Shown one piece after another: positions 42,965 through 53,326 of a stretch of 64,000 nucleotides of DNA. Position 1 is the stretch's first letter. Each line of letters opens with the position of its first letter. The notes beneath the pieces were generated by a model. The model made no database searches and had not been told where the DNA came from. It saw nothing but the letters and a program-made list of their open reading frames with translations. A program made the position numbers and the translations under genes. Origin of the DNA: Candidatus Cloacimonadales bacterium (GTDB lineage: Bacteria; Cloacimonadota; Cloacimonadia; Cloacimonadales; JAIOQZ01); contig OY771587.1 of the NCBI GenBank assembly GCA_963674825.1, positions 3,264,001-3,328,000 of the forward strand, read 5' to 3'.

Positions 42965-45127
42965 ATGAAATTGAGAAAGAATAAAGCAGCTCTGATTGCC
43001 CTGACAATACTGGTCGCAGCCACTGCCATCTTTGCAGTGGAGGTGACGGATCGCAACAAGATCGTCATGATCGAAACCATGAAATACGTTAACCAGATCC
43101 ACTATAACCCACACGAGATCGACAACGAACTTTCCGAACGGGTTTTCGATATGTATCTTGACCGCTTGGACTACCGCAAACGGTTCTTGTTGAAATCGGA
43201 TGTCGATAAATTCGCAAAGATGCGGGATGAGATCGACGATCAGATCAATTCTAAGGATCTTTCCGATAAGTTCGAGTTCTACGTTGACGTAAATAAAGCG
43301 TTCGAGGAACGGCTCGATCAGGTCGATTCGTTCTATAAGGAACTGCTGGCAAAGCCTTTCAACTACTATGATAAGGACTCACTCGAAACCGATGGCGATA
43401 AAAGCCAATGGTGCAGCGATATGGCGCATCTGAAAGAGCGCTGGAGAAAGCTTCTTGAGTATCAGACGCTTACACGCTATTTCATGCTGAAAGAGACTGC
43501 CGACTCCATTGGGACCGATGAAGACGAGGTGGATGAAGACCTTATGGCGCTTTTCCTGAAGAATGGCAAGCTTGATCCCGACCTGGAAAAAGAGGCACGC
43601 CAAAAGGTTGAGAAGGCCACGGAAATGATGATCAAGAGATTACGCGACCAGAACACCGACGATCGTTTTGCCATCTACATGAATTCGATCCTGAATTCGC
43701 TCGATCCACATACGACCTACATGCCGCCAAAAGCGGAAGAAGATTTCAACATAGATATGACCGGCCAGTTCGAAGGTATCGGTGCACGGCTCAGTCAGGA
43801 AGACGGCTACATCAAAGTAACCGAAATCATCCCCGGCAGTGCGTCCTGGAGACAGGGCGAACTGGAACCGGAAGACCTGATTATCAAGGTTGCTCAGGGC
43901 AACGAAGAGCCCATCGATGTTGTTGACATGCCCGTCGATGACGCTGTGACCTACATCCGTGGTAAAAAAGGAACCGAGGTCCGGCTTACGGTCAAGAAAG
44001 CCACCGGTGAGATCAAGGTTATACCGATCATCCGCGATGTAGTGGTGATCGAAGAAACCTACGCCAAGGCTGCTGTGCTTAATGACACGCAGCGCAACAA
44101 ACGTTATGGCTACGTTCGTCTCCCCGGATTCTATCGCGACTTCCAGAACAAGACAAACCGCAATTCAACCGATGACGTGGCACAGGCAATCGACCTGCTC
44201 AAGGACGAAGATATCGACGGAATGATCCTCGATCTTCGCAACAACGGCGGTGGTGCGTTACAGGATGCTGTGAGCATAGGCGGATTGTTCATAGAGCAGG
44301 GTCCTATCGTACAGGTTAGCGACAAGATTCGCGGAACTCGCGTGCATGCAGATTTCGATAAACGTGTGCAGTACGATGGTCCGTTGGTCGTGTTGGTAAA
44401 CCAGTTCAGTGCGTCTGCTTCCGAGATCCTCTCCGCAGCGCTTCAGGACTACAACCGTGCGGTTATCATCGGCCCGAAGAGCTCCTTCGGCAAGGGAACC
44501 GTACAGAATCTGAACGACCTGGACCGCTATGTCAGCCCGATCTTCGAGTATCTCAAACCGCTTGGATCGCTGAAACTCACCATCCAGAAATTCTATCGCA
44601 TCGACGGCACGACTACCCAGTACAAGGGCGTTATCCCTGATGTCGTGGTACCATGTCCGTATGATTATATCGATATCGGCGAGAGAGAATACGACTATGC
44701 GCTTCCCTACGACACCATCGAACCGGCGAAGTACGACCTATGGAAAAAGGGCAAGATGAACGACTCCGTCGTTTCGCACAGAAGCCAGGCTCGCACCGAA
44801 GAGAATGAAGCGTTCACCTACCTCGAAAAGCGTAACGAAGCGCTTCGTGAGGAGCGTGAGCAGACCAGGCTCAGCCTGAATGTGGTCGATATGATTCAGG
44901 AACGCCAGAAGAACAAAGAGTACCGCAAGAAGATGGAAAGCTATCTGGTCGAGCGTGAGGGACTCGATGTGACCTTGAAAGACCTCTATCCACCAGAGGA
45001 AGAGAAGGACGCAAGCCAGCTCGAGCAGGAACAGAACTTGATTACCAATCTCAAGAAAGATATTTATGTGACGGAAGCCACGTTCGTTCTGGATGACCTG
45101 AACGAATACAAGGCCGCCATGAAGTAA
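42965..45127 (+). CDS. prc: Carboxy-terminal processing protease Prc/Tsp (S41A, long form)
   Basis: LDPHTTY, GIGA PDZ loop, DLRNNGGG, SASASEI, FGKGTVQ. Confidence 0.9.
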   Translation: MKLRKNKAALIALTILVAATAIFAVEVTDRNKIVMIETMKYVNQIHYNPHEIDNELSERVFDMYLDRLDYRKRFLLKSDVDKFAKMRDEIDDQINSKDLSDKFEFYVDVNKAFEERLDQVDSFYKELLAKPFNYYDKDSLETDGDKSQWCSDMAHLKERWRKLLEYQTLTRYFMLKETADSIGTDEDEVDEDLMALFLKNGKLDPDLEKEARQKVEKATEMMIKRLRDQNTDDRFAIYMNSILNSLDPHTTYMPPKAEEDFNIDMTGQFEGIGARLSQEDGYIKVTEIIPGSASWRQGELEPEDLIIKVAQGNEEPIDVVDMPVDDAVTYIRGKKGTEVRLTVKKATGEIKVIPIIRDVVVIEETYAKAAVLNDTQRNKRYGYVRLPGFYRDFQNKTNRNSTDDVAQAIDLLKDEDIDGMILDLRNNGGGALQDAVSIGGLFIEQGPIVQVSDKIRGTRVHADFDKRVQYDGPLVVLVNQFSASASEILSAALQDYNRAVIIGPKSSFGKGTVQNLNDLDRYVSPIFEYLKPLGSLKLTIQKFYRIDGTTTQYKGVIPDVVVPCPYDYIDIGEREYDYALPYDTIEPAKYDLWKKGKMNDSVVSHRSQARTEENEAFTYLEKRNEALREEREQTRLSLNVVDMIQERQKNKEYRKKMESYLVEREGLDVTLKDLYPPEEEKDASQLEQEQNLITNLKKDIYVTEATFVLDDLNEYKAAMK

Positions 45128-45148
45128 CCGAGAATCAACGGATAAACC

Positions 45149-46732
45149 ATGATGAAGATTACCCGACGCAACAAGCTGGTACTGATCGCGCTTGTTATGC
45201 TGTGGTTCGCACTGGGCGTATGGGCGTTTACCATCGCCGGAACCGATCCCGAATCCACCCATGAACGCGACACTGCGTACGAGAAAATCCGCCTCTTCAA
45301 CGAAGTCCTCTACAGTCTCAACCAGAATTACGTGCAGGACTTATCCATTGAAGAGCTCATCGATGCCGCCATCGACGGCATGCTGGAAGAGGTCGATCCG
45401 CATACGGTCTATTTCCAGACTGATGAATTCAACGACTTCCAGTCGAACTCGCGTGGAGAATTCGAAGGCATCGGGCTTTCCGTGGATAAAAAAGACGACT
45501 TTATCACCGTTGTCGCGCCAATAGAAGGTACCCCTGCTTATCGTCAGGGAATCCATGCCGGTGACCGGCTGGTGGAGGTTGATGGCGAGAGCATTATCGG
45601 GATCAGCACAGACGATGCAATTAACCTGATGCGTGGCCCGAAAGGGTCTTCGGTATATCTTGTCATCGATCGTCCGGGCTACGACGACCCGATCGAATTT
45701 CACATCGTACGCGACGTCATCAAGATCAAGAGCGTTCCGTATGCGTTCATGTTAAACGACGAAATTGGCTATATCCGAATCAGACAATATAACGCGAACG
45801 TTTCTGAAGAACTCCAGGAAGCGCTGGATATGCTCGAAAATCAGGGTATGAAGGGCTTGTTGATCGATCTCCGATTCAATCCCGGTGGTCTCCTCGATGA
45901 AGCGGTGGATACCGTAAACGAGTTCATCGGTAAAGGTAAGCGTGTCGTTTATACGCGAGGTAGGGCAGCCGGAACGTCAAACGAATTCTTCACGCAGATT
46001 CCGCGCAAACGTAGCGGCTACACGGTTGTCGTGCTCATCAACGAAGGTACGGCCAGTGCCGCGGAGATCTTTGCGGGAACCATGCAGGATTACGATCAGG
46101 GACTCGTCGTAGGCGAGCAATCCTTCGGCAAGGGATCCGTGCAGCAATTGTTCCCGCTTTCGGAAGGCGGGATCAAGATCACCACATCCAAGTACTATAT
46201 CAATTCGGGTCGATGCATCCATAAAGATCTGCAAGATAAGGAACTGAAGGGGAAAAAGGTCTCCGAGGAAGAGGTCAAGGCTGCCGAAGAAAAGACAGAA
46301 GAGGTTTATTACACGCAACACGGACGCATCGTTCATGGTGGTGGGGGTATCACACCGGATATCGTGATCGAGCAGAAGCCTCTGACCGACCTGGAAAGCC
46401 GCATCAAGCAGGCGAACCTTTTCTTCCGTTTCGCGGTGGATTTCCTCATCGATAACGGAAATGGAGTAACACCTGATTTCACCGTTTCCGATGCGATGTA
46501 TAGTCAGTTCGTCAGAACAATCGACGCAGACGAAATCAACTATCTTGCCGATGAGTTATCTGAATCCGAAAGCTGGATTCGGAACAGCCTTGCCAGCGAG
46601 ATTATTGCACAGAAACTTGGTGAGGTAGAGGGGTATCGAGCCTCCTTGAAAGAAGATATCCAGCTACAGAAAGCAGTGGAGCTTTTTAACAAATATCCAA
46701 GCCTGGATGCGATGTTCTCTGCGAAACAATAG
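45149..46732 (+). CDS. Carboxy-terminal processing protease CtpA-like (S41A)
   Basis: DPHT, GIGL, DLRFNPGGLL, TASAAEI, SFGKGSVQ. Confidence 0.9.
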   Translation: MMKITRRNKLVLIALVMLWFALGVWAFTIAGTDPESTHERDTAYEKIRLFNEVLYSLNQNYVQDLSIEELIDAAIDGMLEEVDPHTVYFQTDEFNDFQSNSRGEFEGIGLSVDKKDDFITVVAPIEGTPAYRQGIHAGDRLVEVDGESIIGISTDDAINLMRGPKGSSVYLVIDRPGYDDPIEFHIVRDVIKIKSVPYAFMLNDEIGYIRIRQYNANVSEELQEALDMLENQGMKGLLIDLRFNPGGLLDEAVDTVNEFIGKGKRVVYTRGRAAGTSNEFFTQIPRKRSGYTVVVLINEGTASAAEIFAGTMQDYDQGLVVGEQSFGKGSVQQLFPLSEGGIKITTSKYYINSGRCIHKDLQDKELKGKKVSEEEVKAAEEKTEEVYYTQHGRIVHGGGGITPDIVIEQKPLTDLESRIKQANLFFRFAVDFLIDNGNGVTPDFTVSDAMYSQFVRTIDADEINYLADELSESESWIRNSLASEIIAQKLGEVEGYRASLKEDIQLQKAVELFNKYPSLDAMFSAKQ

Positions 46733-46964
46733 TCTGAAAGTAACCAGCATAATCTGATTCAAATTGTATTGTTCTCACGACCAGAGGCGGATTGATGATC
46801 AGATTCTTCTACAAAAGAATTGAGAAAATCCCTCCTTCCATAAAAGTTCATTTCAGGAAGTGGTTCTGAATTCAGACATGCCCCAATTGACTGCTGTTCA
46901 TATGTATATGTTCTCTGATAATGAACGCATGTGAGTAACTTGCTGTCGATAAACCAATATTTAA

Positions 46965-46992
46965 TTGACATTCTCGATTCATTTGCTAAAAT
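46965..46992 (+). promoter_or_regulatory. Sigma70-type promoter of the SNF2 gene
   Basis: TTGACA-16 bp-TAAAAT with a TG extended -10 (TGCTAAAAT). Confidence 0.6.
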
Positions 46993-47038
46993 TCTCTTTC
47001 TGGTTTGAAGACTGGAAAAACCAGCGAAGGGTAGGTAT

Positions 47039-50000
47039 ATGGCAAGATTGTTTGGTAACGAGTATCACGAGCATTCCAATACCTGGTATTTCAGAAGCTC
47101 CGTTAAAACCCTGAAACAAGATGAACTCGAGTATAGCCTATACAAAGACGAGAACGGGCACATTGTTTTCAATTTCTCGGCTGTCTCCGAGGACAATCCT
47201 CGATTCCCCGGTAAGATCACAATTCTATACGATGCAGAATCGCGGAAGATTCTTTCTCACGAGTGCACGATTTGTAGTCAGGATGACACTTGTCCGCATT
47301 ATCTCACCATTCTGGAATACACCTATCGCTTTCTCTCAACCGATATTCTTCAGGAACGAGTGATACAGACTTATCAGACACGCCTGCTTCAATATAACGA
47401 GTATTGGCAGCGGATCTTGCTCAACACGCAGATATCCGTCTCCGGCATCTATGATACCAACGATAAAGTACGCTTCTATTTCCGCTATTATAAACCGATC
47501 GATATCCGGCTCATCTCCATGATCGTGGCCGATAGGGACCTGAAAGACGCGACACCGGAAGAAATCGAACTCGCGAATACACAAATGGATGCCTTCACGA
47601 ACGAAGAACTCACGCTGCTGAAGATGCTACAGGAATACAAGTGCTCGTTCAGCCGTACAAGCAATTTCTTTACGATCTACAAGCGTGATTTCTATCACTT
47701 CATCCCAATGATGCGCATCCTGCAAAGCAAGATCTTCGTGAAAGAAACCGGTGACCGTATCCTGTTTGAGAACGAGCCATATCAAATCAGTTTCCTCATC
47801 TCGCCGATCGATCAGGACTCGTTTCTCTTCAGTATCGCCCCTGGTGAGACGATCTCGGCTTATTTCGTAAATCGCCTTGCGTATATATTCATCAAGAACA
47901 CCCTTCACCACATCCAGCTTCCTTTTAAAAAGGAGATTACCGAAAAGATATTAGGTGACGGATACATACTTCGCAAGGAAGACCTCGTCTATTTCGCTTC
48001 GGTGGTAACGCATCAGCTCAGCCTGATACGTTGCTATCTTGATTTCGATGAGACCATCGAGCTTCCCGACCTATACGACGGGGCTCCGGTTCCGACTTTT
48101 ATGCTCAGCAAGCTGGATAACAGCATCTTGATGGAAGGTATCCTCAACTACGCCGAAAACGTGCCGGTCCCCATGTCGGTAATCTATTATCCTGCAGAAT
48201 TGGTAAGATACGATCAGAATCAGCGCGAAACATGGTTCTATATTCCACCGCAGATCCGGTATCAGATCGATCGCTTTCTGGAGAAACTACCACAGGCGAG
48301 CGCAGAGGAACGCGATTTTGAGCTGAAAATGCGATTTGAGGGCGAAGAAGAGATCGATATGCTCAAGAAAACGATCTTCGAGGAGACCGATCCGAGCTGG
48401 AACATACAGCTTTCCGAGGAACTCAAGAAAGAGTTTATTTACAAGGTGACGCTTCAGCCAACGATTCGTGCGAAGACTACCGATCAGATCGACTGGTTCG
48501 AGTACGAAGTGACCTACCAATATAAGGACCTCATATTCACACACGAAGATCTGAAGAAGTTCTTCAAGCGCAAAGAGAAGTTCCTGAAATTAGAAGATGG
48601 CAGATTGCTTTATTTCACCAATCAGGATACATTCCGTGATGTCGAGCGCCTCATGAAACGGAGCCAGAAATCCGGTAATGAGTACTACAAGCTATCTGTT
48701 TACAATATTCCTTATATCTATCAGCTAACATCGATCCGCGAAGGTATCCAGATTCAGGGAGATGAGTATCTACAGAACATGTTCGAGGCGATACTTGCTC
48801 GTAAGCTGGACGATGACGCGCCGATTCCAAGAGCGCTTTCTCCTGTGATGAGAAGCTATCAGAAGTCGGGATTCCATTGGCTGAAGATGCTACAAAACTT
48901 CCATCTTGGTGGCATCCTGGCAGACGATATGGGTTTGGGAAAAACCATTCAGGCGATCTCGATTCTATCTGAACTGCCGACGAACTCCATGTCGCTGGTG
49001 ATTTGCCCTAAAACGCTGCTCTTCAACTGGGCAGCCGAGATAGAGAAATTCAATCCGAGCCTGAAGTATATAATCTACGAAGGAAACAAGGAAGAACGTG
49101 CCGCGCTGCTCGAAAACAGTAATGTGCAGGTCTTCATAGCTTCCTATTCGATCATCATGAACGACCTGGAAGAGCTCCAGTCCATCTACTTCAACTACGT
49201 GATTCTGGACGAAGCACAGCACATCAAGAATGCCGGCGCACTGCGCTCCAAGGCGATCAAGAAGCTTAACGCACGTTTCCGACTGGCCCTCACGGGTACC
49301 CCGATGGAAAACAATCCGACCGAGCTGTGGTCGATCTTCGACTTCCTCTTGCCCGGCTATCTTCCATCACCGCGGAAGTTCAAGGCCGAATACGTCTCGC
49401 CGCTACTGGAAAAGCACGAAAAGCATGAGCATCTGGCCGCGCTGATCTCGCCGTTTATCCTCAGGAGGAAGAAGAAAGACGTGCTCATCGAGCTCCCGGA
49501 CAAGCAGGAACAGATATCATACTGCCGTATGTCAACGCTTCAGGAGAAGCTCTATGTCGAGGTGATCGAATCGGTGAAGAAGAATTTCATCAATCGGTTC
49601 AACCAGATCGATACAGGCAACTACATCCATGTCCTTGCAGCGCTGACCAGACTTCGTCAAATCTGTAATCACCCCGCACTGGTTCAGAAGGATCTGAAGT
49701 CGCAGGCCGATCTGTCCGGAAAGATGGAGCAGCTTATGATCATCCTGGAGGACGCGATTGAAAGCGGACGCAAGGTGCTGGTCTTCAGCCAGTTTGTCGA
49801 AACGCTCAAGCTTATACGGCAATACCTCTCCCGCAAGCGGATTGTGTTCGAATATATGGATGGTGACACCAAAGCGCGCCACAAGAGGGTTGATAACTTC
49901 AATAATAACGCCAATGTGCGTGCGTTTCTCATCAGCCTCAAGACCGGTGGCTTTGGCCTTAACCTGACCGCTGCCGACACAGTTGTACTGGTCGATCCGT

Positions 50001-50257
50001 GGTGGAATCCCATGGGGGAGAACCAGGCAATTGACCGGGCGCATCGTATCGGGCAGACGAAGAAGGTTAACGTCTATAAGCTGATTACGCTCGGGACAGT
50101 TGAGGAAAAGATTCTCAACTTGCAGCGTGATAAGATCGAGATGTTCGAGAACATCATTGAGGGTGGACAAAACATCCTGCGTAAACTTGATGTCGAGGAA
50201 CTGAGAAATCTTTTTGAATATACGGCAGGGGAGGGGCATCATGAAGAGCTTTCGTAA
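47039..50257 (+). CDS. SWIM-SNF2 family helicase
   Basis: N-terminal CTIC...[42 protein letters not shown]. Confidence 0.93.
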   Translation: MARLFGNEYHEHSNTWYFRSSVKTLKQDELEYSLYKDENGHIVFNFSAVSEDNPRFPGKITILYDAESRKILSHECTICSQDDTCPHYLTILEYTYRFLSTDILQERVIQTYQTRLLQYNEYWQRILLNTQISVSGIYDTNDKVRFYFRYYKPIDIRLISMIVADRDLKDATPEEIELANTQMDAFTNEELTLLKMLQEYKCSFSRTSNFFTIYKRDFYHFIPMMRILQSKIFVKETGDRILFENEPYQISFLISPIDQDSFLFSIAPGETISAYFVNRLAYIFIKNTLHHIQLPFKKEITEKILGDGYILRKEDLVYFASVVTHQLSLIRCYLDFDETIELPDLYDGAPVPTFMLSKLDNSILMEGILNYAENVPVPMSVIYYPAELVRYDQNQRETWFYIPPQIRYQIDRFLEKLPQASAEERDFELKMRFEGEEEIDMLKKTIFEETDPSWNIQLSEELKKEFIYKVTLQPTIRAKTTDQIDWFEYEVTYQYKDLIFTHEDLKKFFKRKEKFLKLEDGRLLYFTNQDTFRDVERLMKRSQKSGNEYYKLSVYNIPYIYQLTSIREGIQIQGDEYLQNMFEAILARKLDDDAPIPRALSPVMRSYQKSGFHWLKMLQNFHLGGILADDMGLGKTIQAISILSELPTNSMSLVICPKTLLFNWAAEIEKFNPSLKYIIYEGNKEERAALLENSNVQVFIASYSIIMNDLEELQSIYFNYVILDEAQHIKNAGALRSKAIKKLNARFRLALTGTPMENNPTELWSIFDFLLPGYLPSPRKFKAEYVSPLLEKHEKHEHLAALISPFILRRKKKDVLIELPDKQEQISYCRMSTLQEKLYVEVIESVKKNFINRFNQIDTGNYIHVLAALTRLRQICNHPALVQKDLKSQADLSGKMEQLMIILEDAIESGRKVLVFSQFVETLKLIRQYLSRKRIVFEYMDGDTKARHKRVDNFNNNANVRAFLISLKTGGFGLNLTAADTVVLVDPWWNPMGENQAIDRAHRIGQTKKVNVYKLITLGTVEEKILNLQRDKIEMFENIIEGGQNILRKLDVEELRNLFEYTAGEGHHEELS

Positions 50258-50657
50258 GGAATTATGGTTTGAAACTGACACGCGTCGAAAAATGGTGCAC
50301 ATTACGCCGCAGATCAAGGAGTGTGTGCGCGAAAGTGGAGTTCAAGATGGACTCTGTCTTGTCAACGCCATGCATATTACTGCGAGCGTATTCATCAACG
50401 ATAACGAATCAGGTCTGCACTCCGACTACGAGAAGTGGCTGGAAAAACTCGCTCCGGAGAAGCCTTACAGCCAATATGCTCATAATGGATTCGAAGACAA
50501 TGCCGACGCGCATCTGAAGCGAACGGTCATGGGGCGGGAGGTTGTGATAGCGATCACAGACGGTAAGCTTGACCTTGGTCCGTGGGAGGCGATATTCTAC
50601 GGAGAGTTCGACGGAAAGCGCCGTAAGCGTGTACTGGTGAAGATTATCGGTGAATAG
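50241..50657 (+). CDS. yjbQ: YjbQ (UPF0047) family protein
   Basis: [32 protein letters not shown]. Confidence 0.9.
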   Translation: MKSFRKELWFETDTRRKMVHITPQIKECVRESGVQDGLCLVNAMHITASVFINDNESGLHSDYEKWLEKLAPEKPYSQYAHNGFEDNADAHLKRTVMGREVVIAITDGKLDLGPWEAIFYGEFDGKRRKRVLVKIIGE

Positions 50658-50724
50658 TGTGTGATTTTTCCGAAAAAAAACTTGTCAATCCAGCGTCGAT
50701 TTTCAAATTGGTGTTCTCTTGCGT

Positions 50725-50802
50725 CGGGATGTAGCGCAGTCCGGCTAGCGTACTCGAATGGGGTTCGAGCGGTCGCAGGTTCAAATCCTGTCATCCCGAC
50801 CA
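50725..50802 (+). tRNA. tRNA-Pro(GGG)
   Basis: Acceptor CGGGATG/CATCCCG, anticodon arm CTCGA-ATGGGGT-TCGAG, GGTTCAAATCC, encoded CCA. Confidence 0.96.
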
Positions 50803-50847
50803 TTTTTATTATCTAAATCCATTGTTTGCAGCAACTTACGCAACTCC

Positions 50848-51021
50848 TGTAAAGTGACACCTACATTTTCCACTTTGTGACAGCATGTTTTCCTTAATTC
50901 CACTTCTTGAAGTGACAGGAAATGCCTTTAACTCCCGCACCATCTATCACATCAATGCAGTCACTTTCCCAAGTTGCAAGTGACGGCAGTCTTTCCTTCC
51001 AGTGACGGCAGTTTTTCCATC
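50848..51021 (+). mobile_element. Candidate transposon end (Tn7/Tn5053/CAST-like) or integrase arm: TGT terminus plus six [AT]GTGAC-core repeats
   Basis: TGTAAAGTGAC at 50848; cores at 50853, 50876, 50911, 50979, 51001 (direct) and 50960 (inverted); consensus roughly AGTGACRGCA-N-TTTTCC. Confidence 0.5.
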
Positions 51022-51058
51022 AAGGAAATCATGCTGGCACTTTTCGTGTTCAAGAGCT

Positions 51059-51406
51059 GTGGTACCCGTCGTCACTTAAAGGGTTCATGTTGTAGTCGTC
51101 CTCGAGTTCTTTGCCGCCACCGGTGAACTTGGTTTCGGGGTCGTCGTACACGCTACACAGGCCGGGCATTTTCATCCCGAACGGGTAGATAATGGTCTTC
51201 CTGCATGATGTCAGGCCCGTTGGCTGCTGGTTTGAAGCTCACACGCGTATTCCCCAGTTCGCTTTGCTTTCATCAAATGACCGTGGTTTCATGCGTGGAG
51301 TTATTATTATCGTTGGTCATTTGATGCCTTTGATGTCGTAGACAAAGCCGTATGTCCGACTGTTTTCATCATACGCGATACGCCCTTCCGGTGTAATGAA
51401 ATTGAA
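51059..51406 (-). pseudogene. Decayed second Rhs-associated core fragment without toxin domain
   Basis: 51059-51257 aligns to 52793-52990 (81 bp identical: 51108-51188 = 52842-52922); extra base at 51189; ~70-bp interruption; 51329-51406 encodes FITPEGRIAYDENSRTYGFVYDIK. Confidence 0.85.
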
Positions 51407-51497
51407 TACGCAATTCCTTAACGTATTTGCATGTATTTGCTATTTGGTGGTTGAATCAGCCTTTTTTTTAATTAAGAGAATTGGAAATCGCATTCCA

Positions 51498-52142
51498 TTA
51501 CGTTTTGAGACTGAGAGCACGTTTCCAGCTTCTATTTTCGCGTTCGCTATATGTGAAATAAACCCTTCCTTTATGGATTGAGTGTAGAAGTTTCAATATG
51601 GGGAAATTTCTAGGCATTACAGTAATTGTGTAATTTTCATATTCCACTCGAACAAGGCAATACGGGTGTCGTCTGTTAATAACTATGTGAGGTTCTTTGT
51701 CAGTACTACCCGAGATTATTGACTTTATGCAAGCCGGCAATTCCTCATCGTCAAATACAGTATAGCTCACAGGTTCAAGATTATTGATGTTGCTTTCTAC
51801 TAAAAGATCTGAACATTGCATTAACTTGTCGAGGTTCCAAAACTGCTCAATTCGTGTTTTGAACCCATAAGTACGAATTTTATCTCCGATTGGGACCATG
51901 ATAACGGCAACAATGATTGTGATAATTGTAAACCATGTAGCTACTAAAGCTGCTTCCTTTTTCTTCTTTCTTATTCCAGCTATACTCAAATACAGCACAA
52001 CAAGATAAATCAAGGGAAGAAAGCAGAAGTCAATGCTATATCTCTGTGAATCATTTAGTATATTATAACCATCATAAAACAGTAGTGAAGCTCTGAGAAT
52101 CTGGAAAATCGTAGTCGCAATTATAGCACGTATGATGATCAT
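51498..52142 (-). CDS. AT-rich membrane protein, candidate immunity protein
   Basis: Starts 8 bp after the Rhs stop; three N-terminal hydrophobic segments; AT-rich like the toxin tip. Confidence 0.55.
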   Translation of the reverse strand: MIIIRAIIATTIFQILRASLLFYDGYNILNDSQRYSIDFCFLPLIYLVVLYLSIAGIRKKKKEAALVATWFTIITIIVAVIMVPIGDKIRTYGFKTRIEQFWNLDKLMQCSDLLVESNINNLEPVSYTVFDDEELPACIKSIISGSTDKEPHIVINRRHPYCLVRVEYENYTITVMPRNFPILKLLHSIHKGRVYFTYSERENRSWKRALSLKT

Positions 52143-52150
52143 TTTCCTAT

Positions 52151-53311
52151 CTACTTTGTTTTGTACCGATAACCGTATTTTGCCCAATATATTGCTCCTG
52201 AATTTGCTGGAAACTCACGATACTTAAAGATATGAGTAAGCTTCCATAAGTGAATATCAGTCACCATATCGAACTCAGTCAGAATCAGATTCTCACGGTA
52301 TAGTGCGCCTATACCAATATAGTTAATTTGATCAGATCGATACCATTTCCCCATGTCAGCGACCACATAATGAACTTTGTTCTCGGCAGGAATATCAACA
52401 TTTTCATGGAAATCGCTATCAGCCTTCTGTGCTATAAACCAGAAGCCAGGGGGAATGTTTTTCCAGGGATCTTCACTATATAGCCTATCAAAATCATTGC
52501 GAAGCTCTTCTACTTCGGCATTGATATCATCTAGATTAATGAATGCCATATTTATCGTTGAAGCATCAACTCCCTGTTCAAGATAATCATCTTCATAAGC
52601 TCCCCATTCAGGTCCAATACCATCATCTTCATAATAATATGTCCCATCATTTCTGAGAACCGTTGTTGACCCATCTGGATCAATACAGTTTACGGGATTG
52701 TTTCGGCAATACAGGTATGGACTATGAAATTCCTGCACCGGATCGACCTGCTGCCATCGGCAGAGCTGCGGGTCGTAGTAGCGTGCGCCGTAGTGGTACC
52801 CATCGTCACTCAAAGGGTTCAGGAAGTAGTCATCCTCCAGCTCTTTGCCGCCACCGGTGAACTTGGTTTCGGGGTCGTCGTACACGCTACACAGGCCGGG
52901 CATTTTCATCCCGAACGGGTAGTAGTGATCTTCCTGTATGATATCAGGTCCGTTGGCTGCTGGTTTGAAGCTCACACGCGTATTCCCCAGGTAGTCTGAT
53001 ATGTCGTAAACAAACTCATATACTTTGTTGGTATCATCATACGTAATGCGCCCCTCGGATGTAAAGAGATATTTCAGAGCGCTGTCTTCGTACACGGCCT
53101 TTCCGTTGTAATACGTTGAACCGGTGAGGTCTCCCACTTTTATGTCGTAAAGCGCGTCGTTGTAAAGATTCTTCCGTAGCTTCGCGCCACCCCAGGCATA
53201 TTCGTACTCGATACGGTAGTCTTCGTAGGGAGTTTTTCTGAAGGTGATGAGCTTGGGGAGGTTAAGCTTGTTGTATTCGAGATCGATGCCCTTGTTCTCG
53301 TCGTGGATCAT
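52151..53311 (-). CDS. Orphan Rhs C-terminal cassette (Rhs-associated core plus polymorphic toxin tip)
   Basis: YNKLNLP, DYLGNTRV, HYYPFG, YHYGARYYDP, SPYLYCRNNPVNCIDPDG, then ~170 aa AT-rich tip. Confidence 0.85.
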   Translation of the reverse strand: MIHDENKGIDLEYNKLNLPKLITFRKTPYEDYRIEYEYAWGGAKLRKNLYNDALYDIKVGDLTGSTYYNGKAVYEDSALKYLFTSEGRITYDDTNKVYEFVYDISDYLGNTRVSFKPAANGPDIIQEDHYYPFGMKMPGLCSVYDDPETKFTGGGKELEDDYFLNPLSDDGYHYGARYYDPQLCRWQQVDPVQEFHSPYLYCRNNPVNCIDPDGSTTVLRNDGTYYYEDDGIGPEWGAYEDDYLEQGVDASTINMAFINLDDINAEVEELRNDFDRLYSEDPWKNIPPGFWFIAQKADSDFHENVDIPAENKVHYVVADMGKWYRSDQINYIGIGALYRENLILTEFDMVTDIHLWKLTHIFKYREFPANSGAIYWAKYGYRYKTK

Positions 53312-53326
53312 CAATCTTCACAAAAT

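Noticed and set aside
50848..51021. CRISPR mini-array
   Set aside because: Repeats are short and degenerate, partly abutting, one is inverted, there are no regular spacers, and no cas genes are present.
51258..51328. Integron attC site
   Set aside because: No RYYYAAC/GTTRRRY core boxes at the ends and no integron integrase.
51059..52990. Diversity-generating retroelement TR/VR pair
   Set aside because: Mismatches between the two Rhs cores are not adenine-specific on either strand, and there is no reverse transcriptase in the window.
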